NCBI RefSeq assembly: GCF_052425735.1
Contig: NC_135761.1
Coordinates: 31,930,001 to 31,994,000 of the forward strand
From: Oculina patagonica
Lineage: Eukaryota
Length of the DNA: 64,000 nt
Reading direction: 5' to 3'
Below are positions 24,998 to 38,047 of this stretch, piece after piece. Both the position numbers and the translations under genes were made by a program. The notes beneath the pieces are model-generated. The model was given only the letters and a program-made list of their open reading frames with translations. It ran no database searches and was not told where the DNA came from. Position 1 is the stretch's first letter; each line of letters starts with the position of its first letter.

Positions 24998-26317
24998 TCA
25001 TTTGTATCAAGGAGAAAAAAGCTTTGATTATTGATATGACCAGAATAATATTATTCTAAAAGATAATTTCCTTGGAATTTATATGATATTGTTTTGATGA
25101 ATTGGTAAAGATTAATTTAAATTTTCATAAATTTTTTTAAGGAAATAGATATACAGTTGTATTTTTATGTAACATACAACAAATTATAGGGTTTCGCTTT
25201 TTAAATGTTAATCTTTCTAGCGGTGTTTTAATTGTCAAATTAAAAAAAAATGGAAAGGTATTTATGAAATTTGGATTGACAAAGATATTACAGTCAAAAG
25301 GTATTAAAAATGGATAATTTTCAGTGTTACTTGTGAAACTTAAAGGATCTATGTCACGATACTGCGCAAGTGCGACCTTGATTGACACCATTTTTTTTTA
25401 ACCAATAGAAATCATTAAACCAACACTGCGCGCAACGCGAACCAACAATAAGCAGCCTGGAGTTTCACACGTGTGCGTTCGAAAACCTCTTCGCTTAGCA
25501 TTTTTTAGGCTCTTATAGGATATTTATGTTTTGAAATGGCAAGTTATGTTGTAGATAATACACACGATGAAGAGGAACAGGTAAGGGAAAAAAGTTTGCT
25601 TTTGTTTTGTGCGTTGGCAATCAAATTTGAAATTTCCGAGTTTAGTTCGTCGATGGAAATATATTTTTTTGCCTTCCATTGATCTGTAATTTACATAGGC
25701 ACGAGTTTCGTGCAGTTGTTCAAGTACGTGCATGACCAAAACTGGTCTTAGACGTCAAGGATGTCCGTCAAGGATGTCCCCAAATGTGCCTCAGGCTATA
25801 AATGAAGAGCAGTTGATAAGCGAAGAAGAAGAGGCAAGACTGGAAAATCAACGGGTTGCAGTAACAATCGAAACCTGAATATTTGGTTCATTGTTGTTTA
25901 CATCCAGCCTCAAGAGTCCTTGTGGGGCCGACAAGTTTTTTACATGCAGCAAATCGTTTGGTGTATATTATTTACTGGATAAGAAAACGTGCAATTCAGA
26001 TTTCTTATTGGGCGATAAGTTGCGTTAGCTTTATGCTTACCCTGTGTAATAAAATAGGTTGTTGTTGGTTATTTTTGGTTTCCATGCCAAGCTTATTTTC
26101 AAAGGGACCTAAGATATGCCGTCTCAATACAGTAGTTAGATGTGTTCAGTGTGATATCATAACTATGGCTAGACTTGATTCACCCTTTTCCTTTGTATAA
26201 ATGGTATAATTTTATGTTCATCTTGAAAATATTCCACTTTGAATGAGGATAGGACTTATGGCACTGTTGTCATTCAGAAATGTGTGTAATCGTCCATAAA
26301 TGTTATATTTCCCTAGG

Positions 26318-26670
26318 AGTTTATAAATACCCTGGACGAAGAGATGGCAAAGAAGTTGGCTATAATAGCATTACAAAAAGGCGTAGGAAACATGGATTTT
26401 GTTGACTCACTTCTGATTATGGAACCAGAAGATGATGACAGTACTGACCAAGAACATGATGTTGCAGGGGATGGCTCACCTGTACGAGTGCCACAAGCAA
26501 GTAGACAGTCGATCCACCAAGAACCCATTCCGGAATGGTGTAAATGTAGTTGCTGTCGCACAATGACACAAGAATACAGCGGACATCAGAAATGATAGGC
26601 AAGACAGTAGCACTCATACTTTTCGCAAAGCTGCCTATAGAAACTATATTCCAGACACACAGGCGTTTCA
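26318..26670 (+). pseudogene. Kolobok accessory protein (KolX / P2X7 C-terminal-like) remnant
   Basis: PEWCKCSCCRTM and FRKAAYRNY; a Kolobok-like TTAA|AGG terminus lies upstream at 25340. Confidence 0.65.
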
Positions 26671-27455
26671 TTTTATTCCTTTTGGATTATGTGTACAGAC
26701 AGTAATATTGCATTGACCCAACCCGTGTAAGAAATGAATGCTCAATTTGGATGAAAATTTGATTTCCTTTAAAATTCCTCCACCAAACAAGGTTTATATA
26801 AGGTAGAAGAAAACACATTTCCTTGGTTCTCGTTCTTGACAATACTCGAGATTTTGAGGCTAAAGTCATTGATACCTGAAACCCACAAAACGGGCCTTTC
26901 AGCAAGCCAAAATTAACCCAATTTTAAATGCTTGCCATCAAGCGTATATTAAACGGACAAATACAACTAGAAATAGCTGACACTAGGTTGCCCCCGAAGT
27001 TTCGACGATGTTTATCGGTTTTTCTTTGCTGTTCATCCTTTTCTACAATTTAGACATTTGATTGGAAATTAATTTTCTATTTTGGATAATTATTAATTAT
27101 GATACGGTAAATCATTTAATTACAAGAACGCAACAGCATCTTGACATCATTTTGTCATGTTTTGGTGTGGTGGGGGATCTCAGCTAGACTCGAGCTAGAC
27201 TTTAGAAAAAGTCCGCCGTCTTTATTAATTTTACACGCTGGGACGGTCGACCTATCGCGACTTGCATCGCACGTTTTCGCGACTTCGTCACTTTGAATGG
27301 GCCACTTTGCGGGCTCGAATCGAACTCACTTCACTGTGGTTAAGTCTTGATCTCAGCGAGGATAAACTTTAGAAACAGCAAAACATTTTAAAGAAGAACC
27401 CTGCATTTTGAATGACTATTCTCTTAAGTTTAATAAAACAATTTTTATTTTCTAG

Positions 27456-29155
27456 GCCAAAAAGGGAGATGGAGCAAGTTATCTGTACAAAGTGTAAAAG
27501 AAGCTGTCCAGGCGAATGGAAACAAACTGAACCAGCACTTTGCTGCTGATGGGCGACGCACCAGCAACAAGGTAGGAACTGTTATGGCTGTCTTCAGCAT
27601 TCTAGATGAAAAAAAGCATGACTGTGATCACCAGTACAGTATTGCCCTGTACAATAGTAGTGTATAATTATATGTACTTAAATCACTGATTCTTTTTTAT
27701 TTAAAATATTTTGGTTTCTTGCTTATAACAGTGAAAGGCCTTAGTTCAGAACAAACTTGATTTTTATGATCTCACTCAGTACATCTCAAAACTATTCCTA
27801 TGAAGTCTTGATTTTATTAATTACAAAAAAGGATAAGAAAAAATTACAGAATGATATTAGACAAAAAATGAAAGGCTAGCCCAATGAGACCTTAGAAATC
27901 ACCCAGGGGGGGGGGGTACCCAAAAAAATCCCTAAGTCTTCCGACATTACCCAAAAAAATCACTGGACCAAAAATAACCCCCCAAAAAATCCCTTGTCAA
28001 ATTACCCCCTAAATTGCCAGGAGGAGCAATAATATTTCAAACCCCAAAAAATCCTTCGATCATCCCTGTCATTTACAAGCCGGAGTACCCCCCTAGGGAA
28101 ATCATACTAAAATCAAACACTGTTTAATATTTTTTAGGAAAGGAGGATTATGAGGAGGCCCACGCCTGCCTTGGCCCTATTTTTATTGAAGTAAACAATC
28201 TCCAAGATAATGGAATAGAACTAGAGGGGGTACACTATTCAGTGGAATGGTAAATACATTGCTTGTTTTTGGGATGAAAAATGTTTTCCTTAGAGAACAG
28301 GTGCCACTAAAAAAATCCCTATTTCTGAATTTGCTGAATGAAAAGGCATCACATGCTATATTGTAGCAGAAAATGTGATTACTTTTAGGGGACTTAAATT
28401 TCAAAATAAAAAAGTGGGGTCCCCATATTTGTTTACGTAATTCCTTAATAATTCCCTTTCGATTTCTGGCAAAGTACACATTCTCAGGGTTAATTATTTT
28501 TAAAACAGGAAAATTAATCTGTTTTCGTTTTAAAGAAAGAACTTGACTGCTACACCCAAAATCTAAGAAAAAATTGATAGGTCACCTTATTGTTTACAAG
28601 AAAGAGATGACTCATTTTCCTCACAGACTAAGCTGCCAATTTTTTCTGCTTAATTTAAGGGTTAATTTAATTTATTTTTTATTTTTCATTATATTTTCTA
28701 GGTACTGTTGTTCAGACTGAAAGTTTCTAGCAATGGTTTACGGGTTAAACTCTGCTACAGCAAAATTTTTTTGCATATGGTGCTATTGCACAAAAGCACA
28801 AATCTGCGACTTAACAAGTAAGTTGAAAATACGTAATGCGAATGGATGAAATTTTAATCCTCTATTTTTTGCACTAAGAATAATAAGAATAATCAAAAAT
28901 GAAAGATAACTGTAAATGGAATAAATTTTTCCTGGCTTATTCTTGTTTTATATCACATTCATGTTTGATTTATTTTTAGTTCATGACTGGCCAATTTAGA
29001 GGACTTTAGAAGACTGCACAAGAAACAGCACTGGCAAAACAACCGACAAGAGGAAAGGCTCAATCCAAACACCATTAATTTCTATTTTCTTTGAAAAAGT
29101 GATCATAGATACACTGCACCTCTTCCTCAGGATTATGGGACTACTCTTTCATCAG
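27456..29155 (+). pseudogene. Intron-containing RAG1/Transib-like DDE transposase remnant
   Basis: Exons encode FAADGRR, GKEDYEE, YCCSD*KFL..GL, FCIWCYC, VIIDTLHLFLRI; introns 28250-28701 and 28818-28979 keep phase. Confidence 0.65.
27902..28098. mobile_element. MITE with CCC...GGG termini and 6-bp TSD
   Basis: cccagggg..gtaccc / ggagtaccccccctaggg; aaatca at 27896-27901 and 28099-28104. Confidence 0.75.
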
Positions 29156-31249
29156 GTAAAATAAAAAGGTACATATACATAATGAGGAATTAATACCGTA
29201 AGCATACGGACGTACCTTTCTCAAGTGTGAATCCATTTATTAAACCAAAACAACAGCTCCCCTCCACGTACGCAGTCCGACTTTTGAATAGAATGAAAGC
29301 TTCAGGCAGGGCACTAGGAGCGCTTCTGCTTTGTCGTGTCCAGATCTCACTGTTTCGCGTTATCCGAGTCGCTACTTTCGGTACATGAGCGAAGACCGTC
29401 GCCACGCGTGCTTAGCTGCTTTGGAATAGTTCTACGTTTCGCAAGTTCACAATGTCAGAACCAAGACAACAAACGGTAAGCGGGTTTCATTTTAAATACT
29501 TAGCAGTCGAACTATATTTATAACGCTTTAGGTTGACTTAACTTTAACATTACCTCTATTCTAGCTTGAATTCCAAGATAGCGACGTATTCGCTTTGCTA
29601 CAAGAAATGGGGGCCTACCTCGAAGGTAATTTAGGCCAGCTTGATATGGTAAGTATAATTGGTGTCGTACCAACAAACAAAATGACGAAATGAGAAATTC
29701 AACAGGAATTGGGCGAGTAAATGCAAGCGGATTTGCGATTACTTGCAACATGCTCGAACTTATTGTAAGTTATAAGGGTTGTGTGTTGTATTTTGCAACA
29801 TACAAGAAGAAGAAGAAGTTGTAATACACATTTAAACTGAACTGACACTAAAATTTATTTTTTGCATTTGTTTCAGGCAAATCCACCAGCAGATTACCTT
29901 GTCCGCTGGTAGGTACTTGCTTTTTTTCTGCGTTTGCGCTACTACTTCTACTACTACTACAAAAGCTTGGTGCCTGATTTGTGTTGTGCTTATCATGCAT
30001 TTGTCGCCTTATTACACAGGGACCGAATGGTGCTCCTGGCACTTCGCTTCTTAACTGAACAGCTGACCTTTAGGGATCTGGTTGGAAATGGCAAGTTTTA
30101 ATTTAAACCATATCAAATAGAAAATCAATTAAACATTGACATGCAATCGCATAATTATTGTGGCTATTGTGGAGTTATCAATTCCTGGAGCCTCTTAGAA
30201 ATCTCACCGTCGACGCATTCAGCCACGACAGCACCCGAATAGAGTAGTATTACCATGTTTGCGCAGACATTTTTAAGCGTAATTCTGGGTTATTTTTGCT
30301 TTCATGTGGGTGAAAATGTTACGCTTTTCTGACTTCTCAAAACAATTGATACCAGAAAACGAAGCTAAACGAATATTATGAACAATTAGGAAGTTTGTGG
30401 TGAGGTTTTGGCTCGTTGCGCCACTGAATAGAAAGTCTGCTTATAAAGGCTAGTGGCTAAGTGACCGTAATATTAATCTATAATTAAATGTTACATTTTT
30501 ATCATTTTTTCTAGGAACGAGGGCTGGCAACAATGTGCAGCAAGAAAATAGAAGCTCGAATGATCGTGAAGAATAAATGTGGTGTAAAAATGTATAAATA
30601 AATGTTCTATGAAACAAAATTATTCGTCGTGATTTCAGTTATAATCGATTATGTATGCATGTTAAGAGCAGAAAAACAAGGGAAAGAAAAAATGTTGGTC
30701 AGTGACTTTTCTTGTATTTGGCACTGATGCAGGAAAAATAGATTATTTTGTCAAATGAGTGGGTAGTCTTGGCTGTTCTTTTTCACTGGGTGACAAGTAT
30801 GCAATCATGTGTGAGAACTAAAACTCGGTGGGTGGCTAGCATAATATATTTCATGTCAGTGGATTTTGCGGTACTGCATAACAATTTTCAAAATGGTTGG
30901 TAAAACTTCGGAAGAAACCCACCCAAGAGGCAGACCAAGCCAAGAGAGACCAGCAGGCCATCGACTGGTCACCATAAGTTTGCCTGATGGCATGCGCAAA
31001 ACTTTTTTCGGTGAGAATTTGTTCTATACTGTAAGCTACTGTAATTTGCTCATGATATAGATGAAGACATGATGATGCGAGCAGGCAGTTTTCGATTGTT
31101 CTTGAGAGCAGTTAGTCCAAAAATTTTGTTTCTCTTAGGTTAATAAATGACTAAATAAGCTTCCTTTCCAAAATTACTTTTAGTCGTACGGCCGATTACT
31201 AAAAGTCGGGCAGATTATTTAGCACGCTGCAAAGAAACTACAGAACAAG

Positions 31250-31544
31250 TCTTTGAAAACTTCTCGATCCATTGGGACTTTGATGGTAGTTCACCGAACG
31301 TATCCCTTCTCTGGAGCGGTTCGAACAGATAGCTTTGGTCCTATTTCGCAGACCAGGTAGTCGATTACCTTTTCTTTACCATTGACTGAAGATCTTGCGT
31401 AGTTTTTTAACGCACTGTTACAATCTTCTTCCTTCACCCAACTATCATCCGCACTTCCAAAACCTCTCCATGGCACTCGGTATTCTTTACGTCCGTTTAT
31501 GGATCGTACAGCCAAACTTTCGCTACTTGGTAATATTTTGACAT
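31250..31544 (-). pseudogene. Chromodomain-protein pseudogene
   Basis: MSKYYQVAKV/LAVRSINGRKEYRVPWRGFGSADDSWVKEEDC with a 1-nt frameshift and a later stop. Confidence 0.75.
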
Positions 31545-31989
31545 TTTCGTTAAAGGAGGCCTTACTACAACAACACTCAGTAGATAATGATAATCAGATC
31601 ACTTCTAGTTTGTTTTAAAGCCAAAAATTGAAAAGAACTGCCTTAACTGCATGTCGATCAAACATGGCAGCTAAGTACATAAAAAGTTTCAGTTGTTTAG
31701 CAGGTTAAGTCCTTTCCTTTAGACTGCTTACTTTACACACTAGTAAGCCATAAAATTATTATCCTCATCACTTCTTTTCTTATCATCATAAAAAGTTCAG
31801 AAGTATCGACTTTGGATCGAGCGAATGCTCACCCTTGTCCCCAGGGCTATCCACGTTACATGTATGCATCGTTATAACCTAGTGTTAGCAGAAAGACAAC
31901 TTTAAAAATATCGAGGACACTGTTGACTTGAGTGAACCCCATGATCCACGTTCACTTACAAAAACAATGCATTACTCTTTCGATTATGC

Positions 31990-32440
31990 CAAACAATTTG
32001 ATATTTCCAGTAATCCAATGCAGCCGACCCCATTAATTTCAAACTCCTCGTAAATGTGGAATTTTCAGAGTGATCTGCGAGGCCATCCCAAGACAAGTTA
32101 ATTATGTAATCTACGAAGCCGCATCTGTTGGGAAAGGCACAAACTCGACGATCAGTTACATTCACCATTATTTTGCAAACCATGGTCTTGAAGAAATGCA
32201 TGCTCATCTTCATGCGGACAACTAATCTGGACAGAACAAAAATTTTTACATCACTATACTTCACCAACAAGTTATTTACTCTTTCTTAATCACTGGACCT
32301 ACCAAGTTTGCCCCTGACTGCTGCTTTTTAATGGTCAAGAAGTCTTGCTGAAATGGTTGATGCATCTAGTCCCATTGGAGTTAACAAAGCCTAGTTAGTA
32401 GCAACTCAAAACAATAGGATCATTGTACCAGTATATAACT
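31990..32440 (+). pseudogene. Sola-like DDE transposase remnant
   Basis: TPRKCGIF, GKGTNSTISY, HADN*SGQNKN, G.TKFAPD. Confidence 0.65.
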
Positions 32441-33988
32441 CATGTTAAAACAGTTGGAAAAATCCCATGTACTGTAAGGGGCTCTGCTCTAACATGCACA
32501 CCCACTATTTCTTTCAGATGCACCACGCACTGATGCAAGTGTTTTACTTCAACACACCTTAAGCTGCAGCTCCATAAACATTTAACCTTATGTACCTACC
32601 AGTATCTTAGTACATAGTATGTACCTATATTATGAATATTATGATGGAAATGATTGGATTGAACTACCTACAGAAGACATTGACTCTTTTATCAATGATA
32701 GAAACTGCACAGGAAGAGAAAACATGAAGAGAGCGACCCTACAAGTGAACGAAATTGCGTTCAGTCCACCAGGTTTATTGAAAGGCACAACAGTACAACC
32801 AGCATAACAACAACAGAAACATCTTGAATCATCGCCTTCTACATCTCCAAGTGCGGTAAGCGTTCAAAGTAGCCTATTGCATGGCCTTAGAGACCCGAAG
32901 CTCGGGTCTCTCATAGATGAACTCACCCTCACAAAGAGTGAGGCATGGATAAACATGTAGCCATCCAGGAAAGGATCGCCTATTCTCAATCAAAGTCTCT
33001 TCGAGATGTTGACGTTTTTGCATGAAGTATGAGTCGAAGGTTTATCCTGTGCATTGTTCTTTGAACTTATCATTACAGTTTCTTTGTAGTTTAGTTTAAC
33101 AATTTCCTATCTTTGCGGAGGAAATGCAGCCATATAATTTTGTCAAAAATGGCTTGTCCGCGCTGGGTATTTATACACATATTCCTTAACATTACACAAA
33201 TAAACAGTGCAAATTTCACAGAGATCTGACAATTCTATACTTTAAAATTGCAAGGACCTTCCGAGCAAATGAAACAGCAAAATATGCGTTCGGCGCTTTG
33301 TTTTTGTGACGCCATATTTGAATTGTTATAGCCGGGTAGACCGCTGTTCAATGTGTTCAAGGCCGTATCGTTACGATTGCTCCACAAAAAAGCACGAAAA
33401 AAATACGGATATTTCCGACTACTGTCGGAGAAAACATTGCGCATATAATTGGGGCGTAAACAAATCGTTACACTCAAGCTGCGTTTTGTCTAGGCTCTGC
33501 GAGGGTCGGATATCAAGACCCAGGATTAAACAAAAGCCATATATACAGTGAATGCTTTCGAATTATATTTGAAGATGAAATACGAAAGAATTTTGCTGTC
33601 TCTGACTGAAATTCCACTCGAACTGCGTAGATACGATCGCATGTTGTAAAGCCTATTCATGCAACATTGCTGTCATTCAAAGTCAACGCGAGGTCACGTC
33701 CCGAACGACCTAGGCTGATGACGAAATAGAGTTGCGCTTACATGTAGCGACCAAATTTGGCCTAATTTTTAACCGCTCCTAAGCTAAAAGAAGCCCCCAT
33801 CTCTTGCATTTGTTTTAACTTCAATAATATCTTTGAAAAGAGCGAGTTTTTTGGTATGGTTTATTTTTGACGGGAAACCTTCGGAAATTTCAAAGTTTGG
33901 ACTTTTCCAACAATTTTGTGGCAGAGAATACAGCACGGATACAGAACTTTATGACATGCCACTGCAGATAGGTAAACTATGTATTCTG

Positions 33989-34132
33989 TAGTGTGTCATA
34001 ACAGAAGCGGAATTTTAAAAGAGCGCTTTAAGAAAGAGGTAGAAGACATTAAATTCAAATTAGCGCACTTAAACCGCTTTAACCTGCTGGAAAACTTTAA
34101 ATTAAAAAATCCGCTTCTGTTATGACACTCTA
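33989..34132. mobile_element. Small MITE
   Basis: TIRs tagtgtgtcataacagaagcgg / ccgcttctgttatgacactcta. Confidence 0.75.
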
Positions 34133-35138
34133 GAGGTATTGAGTGATTAGTTTTTGACAAGATCACAGTGTGCTGTCTCCTACTCGTTCCGCAAACTCTG
34201 CCACAAAATCATTTTTTTTTTCCCAATTTGGTACTAACGAGGCTATAACATCGCCATTTAATGCAATCTACCAAATGAAAGATGACGTTCACAATCTTTC
34301 ATCATTTCTTTATGTCTCTGTAAAATTTGAGCTTAATCGCACTCATAACAGCTGAGAAATAAGCGTTTTAAAAGATGCAGGTCAAGCAAAATTTCCCTTC
34401 ATGAATTTATTCATGCTGTAGGTATCCCCCGCGACCTTAATATCCTGGTGACTTCTGCTGACATCAAGGCCGATAAGGATGTGTGCTGGTTCGAGCAGAA
34501 ATCTTGACCCTCTCTGTACTCCGTAAATTTATTTTAAGGTGTACCCACATTGTATATGTTTATGATCTTAAAATCTTATTATCACAAGTGGACCAGTTTA
34601 AAGGTGTACATAATATGTAGGGCGCTTTCCATTCGACAAAAAATTCTGGTTTATTGTCATTTTGATTTTCCTAAGCGAAGGAATAGTTCCAATGCTGTGG
34701 CATGCCATTTATGATATTAAAACCAAAAAGTTTTGGAAATCTATAGGTTTTAATATTTCGGTTTTTACTGTTCATGTAAGTAACGGATATGAAAACTGCA
34801 GAAACAACGATTCGAATGAACTGCGAGTGAACAGCAAACAAAGGTCTGAACAAACAGACCGAGCAGACGAAGGTCGAAAGTGCAGAAAGCCATCCATGAG
34901 ACTGACTGACTAGAGAGTTTACAGACTAGATGGTAAAGAAAAGTCCTAATAGTAATGTTTGTGTAAGTAACAGACTCAATTTTCGGCCGTTCGTGGGAAG
35001 CTTGTGTTTTAGCCGTTTTCAAGTGTTTTTCGTCAAAAAAGGTAAGCCAAGATCATTTTCAGCAGGGTTTTTGATTTTTCACGTCTGTAATTTTTTTCCC
35101 CTCTTTTTGTTGCAGTTCCACCATCGAGTGTACTCAAA

Positions 35139-35590
35139 CAGTTCTTTTAGGAACTGAGTCCTCTTCCAAGCTTAAATTGGTAAGCTAAGTTGTTCTTGAA
35201 CTCGTTTTGTGTGCTTTTGAGTGCTCAAAGCTGTTTTTAACCTTCGTTTCTGTTTTAACTGCAGATTTCCAGTTCGACGTTGGCCAGTTTCAGTTCTTTT
35301 CAGAACTCCCTGCTTTCCCGCCGAAAAGTGCTGCCGTGTTCCCGCCAGTTCAACTAAACAGTTCTTGTAGGAACTGAGTCCTCTTCCAATTGGTAAGCTA
35401 AGTTGTTTTTGAACTCGTTTTGTGTGCTTTTGAGTGCTCGAAACTGTTTTTAACCTTCCTTTCTGTTTTAATTGCAGATTTCCAGTGCGTTAGTTGGCCA
35501 GTTTCAGTTCTTTTCAGAACTCCGTGCTTTACCGCCGAAAAGTGTTCCCGTGTTCCTGCCAGTTCAACCGAACAGTTCTTTTGGGAACTC
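35139..35590. repeat. Tandem duplication of about 220 bp
   Basis: cagttctt..aggaactgagtcctcttccaa block repeated, with a partial third copy. Confidence 0.8.
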
Positions 35591-36493
35591 TGCTTAAAAT
35601 TTAGTTCAAAAGGTAAGCGTCATTTCTGAACACACTTTTCCTCGCGTTTTACGTCCATTCTTTGCTTTTCAATGTCCACAGCATTTTTTAATGCTGTTTT
35701 TCTGTTTTTAACCACAGTGTTACAACAGTTCTGTTAAGAACTCCGTCTTACCGCCAATTTCAACAGTGACAGTCACAGAAGCTTAACAGTTTGTAACTTA
35801 AAGAAAGTTACAAACTGGATTGTATTGTCATGATGCAAATTGGTGTCTTTTTATAAGGCCGCAAACGCGAACGGTGACTCAGTTATGTTTTGACCTGAAT
35901 GTTAGTCACGCTAGTAGCCTCACTGTGGCCTTGCGTTACTCCTGTGTTATTTTATTGGGTTAGCTCAACAGGCACCTTAGCTCAAATGGCTTAGCCCAAA
36001 TGGCAAAATGTGTCTGTTGTGTTATTGATTGCTTTTTTTGGCACATGAGTACCGTCCCTATAGTATTCTGGGTTTATAGACCATTGCTGGCCCGGCTTGG
36101 CGTTTTTTTTATAAGGTCCCACACGCGAAAGGTGACTTTGTTATGTTTTGACCTGCATGTTTGTCACGCTAGTACCGTCACTGTGACCTTGCGTTACTCC
36201 TGTGTGTTTTTTTATTGGGTTTCCTGTAAACGCAAAAGGTGCCAAATATGTTATTGATTGCATTTTTTGGCACCTAAGTAGCGTCACTACAGCTTTCTGG
36301 GTTTATAGACCTTTCCTGGGCCGGTGTGGCGGGGTTTTTTTGCCACCGACAACGACCTGGTGTAGCGTTGTCGCAAATTTCCCCAAGGGTCGAGGTTCCA
36401 TATTTTTACTCATGGGAATCTAGGAATCCAGGCCACTGTTTAACATTGGCAGTAATGAAGTGACTGACTGTCGGAGGCAGCAGCTCCAGGAAC

Positions 36494-37140
36494 GTGAAGA
36501 AAACCGCTGCGCCATCGTCGATGCCAGACGTGAATGCTTCCTTGGAGAGAACGCGTTTCTTCAGGAGCCATCGCCTTCCTCCATCCAAACGCCAGAAGCC
36601 AAGGGACTTGGAGTTTTGGTGTAAGTTGCAGAGCTGGACCTACTGCGGCAGGTGCAACAAGTTAGCACCTACCCAACTGTTGCCTGGCTTTCGCAAGCAT
36701 GTGCCAACCAAGTTGGAGACGGCTTGCAAGTGCGCCAATCAGCCATACTGTGTTCCAGATGTGAATGAGGTGCCTCTGATCCTCCGTGGTTTGTCGGACA
36801 CCGACGCCCGCCTCCTGCGTCCTTTTGAAATCCATTGTGGGGATTATGCGCGTCACTTCAATGGCTACCGACAACGAACAGGTCCGTTCCGGGTCACCTG
36901 GTGCCAGCATTCCGTGGAAGACAAGCTTGGCGACGTCGCAGATGATGCCAAATGTGACAGGTTGCACGCCGTCTACCGTTTCTTGATGGCCAAAACCGAC
37001 TGCGCCTATGCCACATTTGTCCGCGTGCAGCAACATGGCTTTGGCAAGCCGTTCCTGTATCAGATCTTTACCACTCCGGAGTACAAGGGCATCGAGTGTG
37101 CTCTGTGGCCTTCCCTCTACCATCAGACCAGCATGTGCGA
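36494..37140 (+). CDS. GC-rich Cys-containing ORF fragment, possibly the N-terminal part of a Helitron-like Rep protein
   Basis: Open frame with [27 protein letters not shown]; abrupt shift to AT-rich DNA near 37150; family assignment from memory only. Confidence 0.4.
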
Positions 37141-38047
37141 GGTTGTGCTCGAGTTTTCCCGTACAAATGATGAAGAGTGGGAATTGAATCAACAACAAGT
37201 AAATGGCGTTTTCTCTCTTTGGACAGTAGTGAACTATTTCAGCAACAAAGGCAAGTTGGCAGACACTGACTCAAAGTGTGTATATTCTGACAGCAGAAAA
37301 CATTAAAACACCAAAGATTTATACATGGTTATGTGGGAACAAATGAGTGGGTTACACACACTTGCAAAACTCTGGGTTGCTTCAAAGGATATTTCACTGT
37401 TGATGGGAATTAATACCTAAAAAGATCTAAGTGTGCTTTGCCAATGGAAAAGGTCAAGATCAGGAAAGACTTGCTGGAAGTTTAGAAGTGCTGTCCAAAT
37501 GCACCACTTCCCGAGGATAAGAACCAGAAGATGTTTGTGTTCCACCAGAATTTAATTGAGCCAGAGCAGAGGCAGATATGATACCAGAAGAGTTATGCCT
37601 TGATCAGCAAAGTTCAAAAGGTTGTAAAAAGAAAGAAAACATTTTGCTTTACTTCCAAACAACAGCTGCCTTGCTGGCTCTCATTTGACCTTGTGGGTTA
37701 ATAGTCGCCGTGAACAAAATGTTTATGTGTAAATCGTAAACACAGGTGCTTCTCTTTATTCTCAGAACATCCTGGGCTGATTTAAAACACTTCAAGCGAC
37801 TAAAATAAATGTTCTTGTGGTACGAAAAAAATGGCATCAGGTATTTATTGTATTTATCATGTGAGATACGGGGCTAATTCCAAATGCAATGCAAAATGTT
37901 ATGCCTTGACAACGTTTTCTTTGATTGTTTTCGTCCATGCAAGTTACCTATTATTTTTGCCATGTTAAATTGTTCATTTTGTGCCATAACGCTGCAGCTT
38001 GTGACAACAATAAGGGCTGTAAATCACTAATCAGCTATGAATACGTA

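Noticed and set aside
25340-26772. Complete Kolobok element ending at cctttaa 26772
   Set aside because: The ends match over only about 8 bp including TTAA, too little to call the right terminus
37150-37306. Tyrosine kinase fragment (DEEWEL)
   Set aside because: No Gly-rich loop or other kinase motif follows
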